Positions 48,686 through 58,350 of a stretch of DNA of 64,000 nt are shown here, in pieces. A program made the translations under genes and the position numbers. The notes beneath the pieces are model-generated. The model was not told where the DNA came from, ran no database searches, and worked only from the letters and a program-made list of their open reading frames with translations. Origin of the DNA: Candidatus Eiseniibacteriota bacterium (GTDB lineage: Bacteria > Eisenbacteria > RBG-16-71-46 > CAVPCR01); contig CAVPCR010000001.1 in assembly GCA_963702435.1 (NCBI GenBank), positions 1,024,001 to 1,088,000 on the forward strand. Direction: 5' to 3'. Numbering within the stretch: the stretch's first letter is position 1; the number at the start of each line of letters is the position of its first letter.

Positions 48686-49033
48686 CTACTCGGCAGTCGT
48701 CTCCGCGAGCACCCAGCGCGCATACGGCGCGCTCACGCGATCGGCGGGCACGGCGAGGATCTCCGGCACCTGGTAGGGATGGATCTCGCCGAGCGCGGCG
48801 ATGAGTTCGTCGAGCCGCGCGCGCTCGGTCTTCAATATCGCGAGCACCTCGCTCGTATCCTCGATCTGCCCCTGCCAGCGATAGATGCTGCGCGCGCCGG
48901 ACACGATGTTCATGCAGGCGGCGAGCCGGCGCCGGACGAGCTCGCGCCCGACGCGGGCGGCGGCTGCCTCGTCCGCGAACGTCGAGAAGACGATGACCAC
49001 AGCACCGGACTCGGCGTCGGATATTGGTTCCAC
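48686..49033 (-). CDS. cutA: divalent-cation tolerance protein CutA
   Basis: LV.RRLAAC.NI, SIYRWQG.IE...E....LKT, HPYQVPEI. Confidence 0.95.
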   Translation of the reverse strand: MEPISDAESGAVVIVFSTFADEAAAARVGRELVRRRLAACMNIVSGARSIYRWQGQIEDTSEVLAILKTERARLDELIAALGEIHPYQVPEILAVPADRVSAPYARWVLAETTAE

Positions 49034-49048
49034 GCTGACCCTCGCCTC

Positions 49049-50479
49049 TCAGGCGCGCGCCCGCGCCGGCGGCGCCGCGCCTGCCGGTAGCCGCTTCGCC
49101 CCGGCCCGCGGCGGCAGCGCCTTCCGGATCCTGAGCGCGAGGATGACGCCGAGCGCCGCGAACGGCGCGAGGAAGATAGGCCAGTAGTGCCAGGACCGCT
49201 CGGTGAGATAGCCGAGGCTGATCGACTGGATGGCGGTGCCGAGGTAGACCGCGCCGTCGATCAGGCCCACCGCGGTCCCGGCGTTCTTCCGCCCGCCGAA
49301 GTCCATGGTCGCGGTGCCGGAGAGGACGCCGTGGGTGCCGATCACCGCATACGAGATGACGATGACGCAGATCCCGAGGACCCACATGTGATTCAGGGAG
49401 AAGATCATGACGACCGTCGCCGCGAGCATGAGAGCGTAGAGGAGCGCCGCCACCGGCCCGCGGCGTGAGCCGAAGATCTTGTCCGAGAGCCATCCGGCGG
49501 TCATGCCGCCGGTGCCCCCGGCGATGAAGAGCACGAGCCCCCAGTTCTCGGTGATGAAGAAGCTCGCCGGGTAGGCCATCTCCTTACCGAAGATGAAGTA
49601 CCAGTGCATGATCCCCTGGCGCAGCACGCCGGTGCAGAACTCGATCCCGGCGATGGTGAGCACGATCGGATTGGTCACCACCTTTCTCAGTATCACGCCG
49701 AGGGGATCGGGCCGGTCGTCCTCGCCGCTCGAGGCGTCGCCGGTGTCGAAGTCGGCGTGTCCGGCCTCGCGCGGATAGTCGCGCACGACGAAGATGTCGA
49801 TGACGACGAAGAGGACGAGAAGGAGCGCCGGGATCCAGAACACCCAGTAGGGAGGGCTCACGAGCTTCGCGCCGCCGGCGCCGCTCGTCGTGTGCAGCGC
49901 ATCCACGATCAGCTGCCCGACCTGGAAGGCGAGGAAGATTCCCGCCGAGATCAGGATGCCGAAGAGTCCGCCGAACATCCCGCGCTCGCGCACATGGAAC
50001 CAGGCGCTGTTCACCTTGACGATGGCCACCGCACCGAAGCTCTGGAAGTACATGTTGAGCGCGTAGAGCAGCGAGAACAGGAGCACCGTGTTGCCGAGGC
50101 GCGCGTAGGTGAGGAGGCCGAGGAGGATATTGGCGATGGCGGCGCCGGCCGCCGAGATGAGGATCGCCTTGCGGCCGCCGATCTTGTCGGTGAGCGGGCC
50201 GTTCAGGAGGAAAGAGAAAGCGTAGGTGATCGTCCCCCAGTAGAAGATGAGGCCGAAGTCCGACTTCGACATCAGATCGCCGAAGGCGTTCTTGGCGACG
50301 GTCAGGTTGTAGCGCCCCATGTAGAGGAGCGCATAGGTGATGCCGAGGGGAACCCAGTTCCAGACGCGCCGCGCGAGGAAGGACCGCGGATGAGCGAGCG
50401 GATTCCCGGCAAGGCGGACGAAGAGCGCCACGACGAGCGTGCTCAGGACGAGCGTGACGAGTATGGTCGCCACCGTCAC
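49049..50479 (-). CDS. MFS transporter, organophosphate:Pi antiporter (GlpT/UhpC-like)
   Basis: YALLYMGRYNL, GPLTDKIGGR, WF...ERG, GWLSDKIFGSRR, AGTAVGLIDG..YLG. Confidence 0.8.
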   Translation of the reverse strand: MTVATILVTLVLSTLVVALFVRLAGNPLAHPRSFLARRVWNWVPLGITYALLYMGRYNLTVAKNAFGDLMSKSDFGLIFYWGTITYAFSFLLNGPLTDKIGGRKAILISAAGAAIANILLGLLTYARLGNTVLLFSLLYALNMYFQSFGAVAIVKVNSAWFHVRERGMFGGLFGILISAGIFLAFQVGQLIVDALHTTSGAGGAKLVSPPYWVFWIPALLLVLFVVIDIFVVRDYPREAGHADFDTGDASSGEDDRPDPLGVILRKVVTNPIVLTIAGIEFCTGVLRQGIMHWYFIFGKEMAYPASFFITENWGLVLFIAGGTGGMTAGWLSDKIFGSRRGPVAALLYALMLAATVVMIFSLNHMWVLGICVIVISYAVIGTHGVLSGTATMDFGGRKNAGTAVGLIDGAVYLGTAIQSISLGYLTERSWHYWPIFLAPFAALGVILALRIRKALPPRAGAKRLPAGAAPPARARA

Positions 50480-50889
50480 ACCCTCAGGATGCGGGCGGCC
50501 TGCTCGTAGTCCTCCGGCTTCACATAGAGCACGTAGCCGAAGCTGCCGGCGCCGTCGGTGACGCCGTTCCCGGCGTAGATGTTGATCTCGGCATCGGCCA
50601 GCGCGCGGTGGATCTCGATGAGCGCGCCGAGCTCATCGTCGCCCACGATCAGGAAGGCGCGCTGCGGGCCGACGAGGGTCAAGCCCCCGCTCGCGGCCAG
50701 GCGCGCGAGCTCCTCGACGCTCTCGGGGAACAAGGTGAGGCTCGTGTATCCGTGGGCGTCCGGCGTGATGCCGAAGGCGAGGAGATTGATCTCGCTCGCC
50801 GCAAGGTGCGCGAGAAGCTTGTAGGCCTCTCCTGGTTTGTCCTTGACGGTCGTGTAGAAATAGTCGATGCGGCGGACTTTGAGCGCCAT
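50476..50889 (-). CDS. ACT-domain protein
   Basis: GGAGGG RBS; VKDKPGE...LL..LA...INL, DELGAL...HRALADAEINI. Confidence 0.7.
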   Translation of the reverse strand: MALKVRRIDYFYTTVKDKPGEAYKLLAHLAASEINLLAFGITPDAHGYTSLTLFPESVEELARLAASGGLTLVGPQRAFLIVGDDELGALIEIHRALADAEINIYAGNGVTDGAGSFGYVLYVKPEDYEQAARILRV

Positions 50890-51029
50890 GACCCCTCCCT
50901 GGCGAATCGGCCGGCGGCGGCTCCGAGCGCGCCGCGCGGCGGGGAGTTTACACCCTCGCGTCGCGGAGCGGCACCGCCGAAGCGCGGCCGGGGCGGCCGC
51001 TCGGGCCGCGAGGCCTCCGGTCCGCCGGT

Positions 51030-51875
51030 CTACCCCACGACCGTGCGCGGCGGCGCGGGCGGGATCCCCGGCCGCGGCGTGGCCGCCGGCGGCGCCGTCA
51101 CGAGCCCGGCCGGGGCGCTCCGGGCGTGGCGACCGAGGAGATCCGCCATGAGCTCGCGCTTCATCCACTGGATCGCCTTGGCCGGATCGACGCCCTTGGG
51201 ACAGACCCGGGCGCACTCGCCGGCATAGTGACATCGCCACGGCCCCTGCGTGCCGGCGAGCACGTCCTTGCGCGCGTCGAAGCCCGAGTCCCGGCTGTCC
51301 GCGTTGTAGCGATGCGCCTGGGAGAGGGGCATCGGGCCCGAGAAGAGGACGTCGGTCGCGAGAGTGGGACAGGCAGCCATGCAGCAGCCGCACTTGATGC
51401 AGTAGGAGAACTGGAGGTACTCCTCCATCTCGTGCGTGGTCTGCCGATACTCGCCGCGCGGGTTCTCCTGTTCCTCGGCGTCGGGGCGGATGAGAAAGGG
51501 CTTGAGTGCGGTGTGGCGGTCGAACATCGAGCAGAGATCGGGCACGAGGTCGCGCACGATGTCGAAGTTGGGAAGCGGAGCGACGGTCACCGTGCCGCTC
51601 CCGAGCTCGGCGATCTGCGTATTGCAGGCGAGCCGCGGCTGTCCGTTCACGAGCATGCCGCAGGATCCGCACACGCCCATCCGGCAGGAGGCGCGGAAGG
51701 CGAGCGTCGGATCCATCGTCTCCTTGATCAGCCAGAGGCCGTCGAGCACAGTCATGCCCGGGGCATAGGCGATGCGATAGGTCTGCCAGATCGGCCGCCG
51801 GTCCTCCTCGGGGCGGAAGCGGCGAACGCGGTAGGTGATTTCCCGGGGAGGCTCGAAACCCGCTTTCTCGTTCAT
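51030..51875 (-). CDS. sdhB: succinate dehydrogenase/fumarate reductase iron-sulfur subunit
   Basis: SCRMGVCGSC..LAC, CIKCGCCMAACP, CHYAGECARVCPKG. Confidence 0.93.
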   Translation of the reverse strand: MNEKAGFEPPREITYRVRRFRPEEDRRPIWQTYRIAYAPGMTVLDGLWLIKETMDPTLAFRASCRMGVCGSCGMLVNGQPRLACNTQIAELGSGTVTVAPLPNFDIVRDLVPDLCSMFDRHTALKPFLIRPDAEEQENPRGEYRQTTHEMEEYLQFSYCIKCGCCMAACPTLATDVLFSGPMPLSQAHRYNADSRDSGFDARKDVLAGTQGPWRCHYAGECARVCPKGVDPAKAIQWMKRELMADLLGRHARSAPAGLVTAPPAATPRPGIPPAPPRTVVG

Positions 51876-51884
51876 ATCCCTTCC

Positions 51885-52262
51885 CTATGCCAGGAGCGCC
51901 ATCCGGCGCCCGGCCACAGCCGCCCACGTGCCGAGGACGAAGAGGGCGAGCCCGAGGAGGACGAGGATCACGTTGCACAGGACGCGCACTCCGCGCGCCG
52001 CCGTGAGCTCGAAGAGGATGTTGCGGAGCCCGTAGAGCCCGTGAAAGAGACCCGCTCCGAGGAGGAACACGTAGCTCAGGAGGAAGGCGACGCTCTTCCC
52101 GCGCGCCACCACGTTCGCCCAGTCGATGGGATGCCCGCCGGCCGGGTTCCCGATCCCGAGGATCACGTCGAGATGCATGATCCCCATGTGCAACCCGGCG
52201 AGAACGAGGATCGCGACACCGGCCGCCACGTGCCAGAACCAGAGACCCTGATCGCGCATCAT
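51885..52262 (-). CDS. sdhD: succinate dehydrogenase hydrophobic anchor subunit
   Basis: Three TM helices; FHGLYGLRNI; position in the operon. Confidence 0.8.
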   Translation of the reverse strand: MMRDQGLWFWHVAAGVAILVLAGLHMGIMHLDVILGIGNPAGGHPIDWANVVARGKSVAFLLSYVFLLGAGLFHGLYGLRNILFELTAARGVRVLCNVILVLLGLALFVLGTWAAVAGRRMALLA

Positions 52263-52279
52263 CGCTTTGTCCCTCCCGC

Positions 52280-52753
52280 CTAGTGCGGCGTCCCGAGCAC
52301 GAAGATGTCGAGCGCGCCGGCGACCGCCAGCGCCCCGGCCACGAGAAGCGCGCCGATCGCGAGCGGCCGCTGCACATGGAGCGACGTGCGGAACGGGTAG
52401 ATGGGCTCGATCGGCTTACCGACCGCGAACCCGAGCTCGATCATCACGAGCCGGATGCCGTTCACCGCGTGGAAGGCAAAAGCGGCGAAGACCAGGAATT
52501 CGGCGATCGTGAAGACAGGTCCGGTCACCCGCGCCATCGTCTGCTCCCAGGCGCCCCGGCCGAGCGCCCGCGACGAGGTGACGAGGATGTGCATGAGGAA
52601 ATAGAAGACCAGCGCGAGCCCGGTCAATCGGTGCAGGGTGTAGAGGTAGCGGTCCGGACCCCAGCGTGCGCCGCCCACCCAGCCCCAGATCCCGAGCCGG
52701 TTCGGATAGCCCTTGCGCGCGAGCGCGGGGTTGTTTCCATTCGTGGCTTCCAT
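52280..52753 (-). CDS. sdhC: succinate dehydrogenase cytochrome b subunit
   Basis: LHRLTG, MHI, FHAVNGIR. Confidence 0.88.
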   Translation of the reverse strand: MEATNGNNPALARKGYPNRLGIWGWVGGARWGPDRYLYTLHRLTGLALVFYFLMHILVTSSRALGRGAWEQTMARVTGPVFTIAEFLVFAAFAFHAVNGIRLVMIELGFAVGKPIEPIYPFRTSLHVQRPLAIGALLVAGALAVAGALDIFVLGTPH

Positions 52754-52768
52754 AGGGATCCCCCTGCG

Positions 52769-54486
52769 TCAGTACTTCCGCTCGACCGGTTTCCACGCCG
52801 TGATCGCCACCGGCTTCGCATCGAGGCGCGGCGCCCCACCACCCGCGTACCAGGCAAGCGTGTGCTTGAGCCAGCGCTCGTCGTCGCGGGTCGAGAAATC
52901 GCGGCGGGCATGGGCGCCCCGCGACTCTTCACGGGCGAGCGCGCCGACCGCCACCACCTCGGCGAGATCGATCATGTTCGCGAGCTCGAGCGCGTGGAAC
53001 AGGTTCGAGTTGTAGACGCGGCTCTTGTCCTTGATCGGAGCGCGGCGCTCGCGCTCGCGGATGGCCCGGATCGCGGCGAGGCCGCGCGCCATGTCCTCCC
53101 CCTTGCGGAAGACCCCGTAGTCGCGATCCATGACCGCACGCAGCTCGCGGCGGAGGACGTAGAGGTCCTCCTCGCCGTCCCGCCCGCGGATCGCCTCGAT
53201 GCGCTCCCGGGCGGCCCGGAGCCCGCGCTCCGGCACCGGCGGCGAGGTGGCGAGCCGCGGGAGCGCGGCAGCGATCTCGGCGCCGGCGATGCCACCCCAG
53301 ACCAGGCACTCGGCGGTCGAGTTCGACCCGAGCCGGTTCGCGCCGTGGAGCGAGACGCAGGCCACCTCGCCCGCCGCCCAGATCCCGGGGACGCGGGTCG
53401 CGCCGCGGATGTCGGTCTCGACGCCGCCCATCGTGTAGTGCGCGACCGGGCGGATCGGGATCGGCTTCTCGATGGGGTCGATGCCGACGAACTTCATCGA
53501 CACCTCGCGGATGAGCGGAAGGCGCGTGTTGATCTTGTCGGCGCCGAGATGGGTGAGATCGAGATTCAGATAGTCGAGCCCGTCCGGTCCCTTGAAACCA
53601 CGGCCTTCGAGGATTTCTGTCATCTCGGCCCGCGAGATGACGTCGCGCGGCGCGAGCTCCATCTTCTCCTTGGCATAGCGTTCCATGAAGCGCTCGCCCT
53701 TCGCGTTCCGGAGATAGCCGCCCTCGCCCCGGCAGCCCTCGGTCATGAGAATGCCGGAAGGCACGAGCCCGGTCGGATGGAATTGCAGGAACTCCATGTC
53801 TTCGAGCGGGAGCCCGGCGCGATAGGCCATGGCGAGGCCGTCGCCGGTCACGGTCTGCGAGTAGGTCGTGAACCCGTAGAGACAGCCACCACCGCCCGCG
53901 GCGAGGAGCAGCGCCTTCGCCTGCAGGGTCGCGAACTCGCCGCTCGGGGCATGGATGCCGGCGAGTCCCGCGAAGCGGCCGTCCTCGATCAGGATGTCGG
54001 TGACGAAGAACTCATCGTAGCGCGTAAGGAGCGATGCTTGACGAGGGTGTCATACAGGGTCTGCATCTCGAAGAAGCCGGTCTTGTCGGCGGCGAGCGTC
54101 GCGCGCGGGTAGGAGTGCCCGCCGAAGGGACGCTGCTCGATGCGACCGTCGGCGTCCCGCGTCCATGGGATGCCCCAGTGATCGAGTTGCAGGATCTCGC
54201 GGGGCGAGACGTGGACGAACTCATCGACGACATCCTGGTCGGCGAGGAAGTCGGATCCCTTGACCGTGTCCCAGGCGTGGAGCTCGAGCGAATCGCCGAG
54301 GTCGGTGCGGAGGACCGCGGCGGTGCCGCCCTCCGCGCACACCGAGTGGGCGCGCATGAGCTGCACCTTGGAGACGATGCCGATGTCGACCTGGCCGCCC
54401 GTGCGGCGTGAAATCTCGACAGCAGCCCTGAGACCCGCGAGACCTGCTCCGAGGATGAGCACGTCATGGGTCAGGTTCTGGACCAT
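52769..54486 (-). CDS. sdhA: succinate dehydrogenase/fumarate reductase flavoprotein subunit (frameshift near 54026)
   Basis: ILGAGLAG, RAHSVCAEGG, DTVKGSD, RPFGG, QFHPTG, TEGCRGEGG, AHYTMGG, HGANRLGSNS, ESRGAH; one base missing at TCCTT/ACG splits the gene over two frames. Confidence 0.92.
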
Positions 54487-54668
54487 CCCTCCGGTATCTC
54501 CATGGGGATAGGAGAGGGGCAGATTAGCAGAAGCGTGGCGCCGGGGCAACGTGGTCCCGGGAGGCTCCGGCAGCGCGGCACGCGGGCAGCGCGCTGCATC
54601 ACGCCGTCTCGGGTGATGGCCCGATGGAGCTCTCGCTCGCAGTCAACGCTGCGGCCGCACCCGGCCAT

Positions 54669-55051
54669 CGCACCCGCGCGCGTCAAACGCTGTCGGGTTT
54701 TGTGAACTCGCCCCGCCCTGTCCGCGCCTCGCCCGGCACACCTCCTCCCGCGGGCCGACGAACGTCGCCCCACCTGACGACCGCACCTGCTCGCGTCAAA
54801 CGCTGTCGGGTCTTGTGAAATCGCCCCGCCCTGTCCGCACCCCGCCCGGCGCACCTCCTCCCGCGGGCCGACGCTGCCGTCCCACCTGACGACCGCACCC
54901 CCTCGCGTCAAACGCTGTCGGGTTTTGTTAAGTCGCCTCCCGGTCGCCCGACCGCACCCGCTCGCGTCAAACGCTGTCGGGTTTTGTGAAGTCGCCCCGC
55001 CTGGCCGCCAATCCCTCGCCCCGATCGGACGCTGTCGCCCCACCTGACGAC
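54669..55051. repeat. four-copy direct repeat array with conserved 28-bp core CGCGTCAAACGCTGTCGGGT(T/C)TTGT(G/T)AA
   Basis: Cores at 54679, 54792, 54904 and 54963 (spacings 113, 112, 59); units 1 and 2 are similar over their full length. Confidence 0.9.
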
Positions 55052-55495
55052 GGCGACACCCGGCGGCGGAGATGCGGCCCGGCCAGCCACGCCGCTCGCG
55101 GGGGAGCCCGGTCGCCGTTCCCGCCCGACCGCGGTTTCCACTCACGAGCATGCGCATGCATCCACGGCTCCTCGCTGGAGGAGCCGTGGCCCGGCACACA
55201 CGTCTTGCACGAACCATGCCGCCGGGTAACGGGAGGGACTCAGATCAAGGAGGTGATCCACGGTCCCCCTCAGAGCGCACGCTTCCACGCACCTACCGGC
55301 GTGCACACGCCGTTGTCACTTTCGACCACTTCGTTAACAGAGAGGAAGTGCCGCGAGATCAAGAGCGTGGCCCGGCACGGCACTCTCCGTGACTGACGGG
55401 CACGCCTTGTCACGGCGCGGCGCGAGTTCTAATATTGTAGGGATGCTTCGCCCCGGCCAGGCCAGGTCGCCGCGGGGCTCGAAGGGAGATGCACC

Positions 55496-56764
55496 ATGCG
55501 CGCCATCTGCAACACGCCGCCCTGGGCCGCCGCCCTTGTCGCTCTCCTCGGCGGCTCCTATCTCGTTTGCGCCGTGAACACCGGCGACTTCGAGGCCAAC
55601 GATCCCTTCGCCGTGCGGAGGCTCCCGGCCGAAGTGGCCCAAGACGTGCCGCCGGTCGTCGATGCGAACACCAGCTTCGCGCTCGACCTCTACTCCCGGG
55701 TGCGCTTGTCAACGCCGGGAAACCTCTTCCTCTCTCCCTTCAGCATCTCGACCGCACTCAACATGACCGGCGTTGGCGCCGGCGGAAAGACCGCCAAGGA
55801 GATGGCGACCGTCCTCCACACGGGCACGATCGAGAATCTGCACCCGGTGTACGGCGCCCTCGTCGCGAGCCTCGATCGCGGCACCGACCTGGGCGGCTAC
55901 GAGCTGAAGGTCGCCAATTCGCTATGGGCGCAGAAGGATGCCCCGATCCGCAAACCGTTCATCGCAACGCTCAGGGATAACTACAGCGCCGGATTCGACG
56001 AGGTCGACTTCGTGGGCGGCGCGGAAGCGGCGCGCGGCACCATCAATCGCTGGGTGGAGCAAAACACCGCGAACCGCATCCACGATCTCTTCCCGCCAGG
56101 CACGATCACGCGCGACACGCGCCTCGTACTCGCCAACGCGATCTACTTCAAGGGTCTGTGGGCCACGCAATTCAAGCGGGAGCGCACCCGGAACGGCACC
56201 TTCCAGGTGTCGGCCGACCGCATGGTCGAGGTGCCGATGATGAGCGCCGACATCCGGCTGCCCGTTGCCTTCGATCGTGGGGTCTCGGTGCTCGAGATGC
56301 CCTACCGGGGCGAGGATCTCTCGATGGTGATCCTCCTCCCAGAGCAGGCCGACGGGCTCGCCGCACTCGAAGCGAGCCTCACTCCGGAGAGACTCGCGGG
56401 GTGGCTCGGTGCGCTTGCGGAACAGAGGATCGTCGTGACCGTCCCGCGGTTCAGGATGACCTCCGAGTTCGATCTCGCGCGGGTGCTCGGAGACCTCGGC
56501 ATGCCGTCGGCCTTCCGCTGCGGCGAGGCGGACCTCTCGGCGATGACCGCAGCTGACGACTGGTGCCTCGCCACCGTTCGGCACAAGGCATTCGTCGAGG
56601 TGAACGAGGAAGGCACCGAGGCGGCTGCGGCGACCGGGGTCGGGGTCGGCGTGACGAGCATGCCGCCTTCGTTCACCGCCGATCACCCGTTCCTCTTCCT
56701 GATCCGCGACAAGGTGACCGGCTCGCTCCTCTTCCTCGGGCGGGTGGTCGATCCGTCGGTGTAG
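55496..56764 (+). CDS. serpin family protease inhibitor
   Basis: NLFLSPFSISTAL, INRWVE..T..RI, LVLANAIYFKG.W, VPMM, hinge EEGTEAAAAT, FTADHPFLFLI, LLFLGRV.DP. Confidence 0.95.
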   Translation: MRAICNTPPWAAALVALLGGSYLVCAVNTGDFEANDPFAVRRLPAEVAQDVPPVVDANTSFALDLYSRVRLSTPGNLFLSPFSISTALNMTGVGAGGKTAKEMATVLHTGTIENLHPVYGALVASLDRGTDLGGYELKVANSLWAQKDAPIRKPFIATLRDNYSAGFDEVDFVGGAEAARGTINRWVEQNTANRIHDLFPPGTITRDTRLVLANAIYFKGLWATQFKRERTRNGTFQVSADRMVEVPMMSADIRLPVAFDRGVSVLEMPYRGEDLSMVILLPEQADGLAALEASLTPERLAGWLGALAEQRIVVTVPRFRMTSEFDLARVLGDLGMPSAFRCGEADLSAMTAADDWCLATVRHKAFVEVNEEGTEAAAATGVGVGVTSMPPSFTADHPFLFLIRDKVTGSLLFLGRVVDPSV

Positions 56765-56809
56765 CATCGGACTCTGGGGCCGGCGCCCCATCCCCGCCGC
56801 AGCTTGCGT

Positions 56810-57952
56810 TCATTGCAGCTCCCAGGGACGCGCCCATGCGCTATCCCAGGGGGCCAGCGCCGGTTTGGGCGCGAGCGCCGTGTCGACGAGCCCGAGGGCG
56901 GCGAACAGCGGAAGGATCGATCCCGGCGGGAGCGGCGCGGAGATCAAGTCGAGGTCGGTGAAGGTGAGCTGAAACACCGCCGCGGCCCGGGCTTCATCGA
57001 GCAACAGCACCTGCCGGCGGATCCATCGCGCCTGCTTCGCCGGGGAAGAGATGACGGGACCCACCGAGGCCGAGCTCCAGCCCCCTTCGACCACGAGGGT
57101 GGGCAACGTCGTGCCCCCGGCCACTCGCGCGTAGTAATCGAGCGGTACCTCATCCGGTTCCTCGAACCCGCCCAGGTAGGGGTAGGAGGAGAGGCCGAGG
57201 CACTCCATGAAGGGGAAGTCGGCCAGGTCGGTCGCGATGCCGACATAGGTGCCGCCGCCACCCAGAGCACCCCACGCGGTCTCGACCTGGACGCTCACGT
57301 AGCGCCGGACGGTCAAGTCGGCGGCGCGCACACCCGCAGCCGCATCGTTGGCCGCCTCCTTCACTGCCGCATAGAGCGCCGGCGCGGCGGCGGCGCGGAT
57401 CAGATTGGTCTCGGCCGCCAGCCCGAGGTAGTCGGGGCGAAGAAGCGTATCGATGGCGACGGCGTAGTGGCGATAGAGCTCCCGCACTGCGGGCTCGGTG
57501 AGGCTCCGGCCCGCGGCCACGAGCCCGGGAGCTTCGGCCGCCCGATTGAGCCCGTCCGTCGCATCGAGGGTCACGACGAGCACCAGCCCGTGCGCTCGGT
57601 AGTACTCGGCGAGCGGCAGAGGATCGCGGCGAACGAGCACATCGGCAGGGACTCCGACCAGCAACGAATCCCACTGCGGATTGATGTGGATGATCGCGGC
57701 GTCCGCTCGCTGCATCCAGAGGTCCATGCTCCTCAAGAGCACGTCGAAGTCGGCGCGCGGCGGGATGGCCGAGAAGCCCATGCGGAACGCCCGCGGCAGC
57801 GACGTCGGGTCCGGGCCCCCCACCTGGCTGCCGCAGCCGGAGAGAACACATGCGATCGCGGCCGTCAGGCACAGGGCGGCTCCACGGATCCGCCGCGATC
57901 CAGAGCGACCGGCCCGGTCGCGAAGAACAAGCGTTCGGGACCTCCCTCGCAT
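56810..57952 (-). CDS. putative lipoprotein, TIM-barrel glycoside-hydrolase-like
   Basis: VLSGC lipobox; PDYLGLAAETN, LGLSSYPY, LVVEGGW resemble GH clan-A acid/base and nucleophile segments; start uncertain. Confidence 0.55.
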   Translation of the reverse strand: MRGRSRTLVLRDRAGRSGSRRIRGAALCLTAAIACVLSGCGSQVGGPDPTSLPRAFRMGFSAIPPRADFDVLLRSMDLWMQRADAAIIHINPQWDSLLVGVPADVLVRRDPLPLAEYYRAHGLVLVVTLDATDGLNRAAEAPGLVAAGRSLTEPAVRELYRHYAVAIDTLLRPDYLGLAAETNLIRAAAAPALYAAVKEAANDAAAGVRAADLTVRRYVSVQVETAWGALGGGGTYVGIATDLADFPFMECLGLSSYPYLGGFEEPDEVPLDYYARVAGGTTLPTLVVEGGWSSASVGPVISSPAKQARWIRRQVLLLDEARAAAVFQLTFTDLDLISAPLPPGSILPLFAALGLVDTALAPKPALAPWDSAWARPWELQ

Positions 57953-58023
57953 GCCGGAATGATCGGCCGCCCGCGGGCATTTCGCAAGCAAGGATGGACC
58001 AGGCCCGATGGTGGAATCGTCGC

Positions 58024-58237
58024 ATGTCGGCGATGAACGACCGCGAGTTCCTCCGCCACACCGTGGCCACGCTCGCCTACCGGGCCGCCAAGGTGCTCCG
58101 GGATGCGCCACCCGCGCTGGCCGCCTTCCAGCCCGGGCCGACCTCCCGGTCGGCGATCGAGGTACCGGGCCGACATCCGGGCCGGTCGCGTCGAGGCCGA
58201 GCAGACACCACCTGAGCCGCGCTTCGAGTTCGACTGA
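58024..58237 (+). pseudogene. DinB-like gene with a large internal deletion
   Basis: N-terminus REFLRHTVATLAYRAAKVLRDAP...SAIEV joined out of frame to C-terminus YRADIRAGRVEAEQTPPEPRFEFD*. Confidence 0.6.
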
Positions 58238-58287
58238 CGGCGGATGGAGCTGCCGCTCACGCCTCGCGCGCTCTCGCCTCGCGCGCC

Positions 58288-58350
58288 CACGCACGCCGGC
58301 CCACGCACGCCGGCCCACGCACGCCGGCTCACGCACGCCGGCTCACGCGC
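58288..58350. repeat. 14-bp tandem repeat CACGCACGCCGGC(C/T) x4 plus a partial copy
   Basis: Copies at 58288, 58302, 58316 and 58330, directly downstream of the tex stop. Confidence 0.85.

Noticed and set aside
54015..54040. Programmed ribosomal frameshift in sdhA or the TMTC-like gene
   Set aside because: No slippery heptamer is evident, and several similar 1-bp losses across the window favour sequencing error.
54669..55051. CRISPR array
   Set aside because: The intervening sequences are homologous to each other and very unequal in length, and there are no cas genes in the window.
54471..55217. Repeat-protein ORF (HKTRQRLTRAG units)
   Set aside because: Repeat periods of 113, 112 and 59 bp are not multiples of three, so the repeats are not maintained at the protein level.
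55247..55260. 16S rRNA gene fragment
   Set aside because: Only 14 nt match; the flanks do not continue into recognisable 16S sequence.
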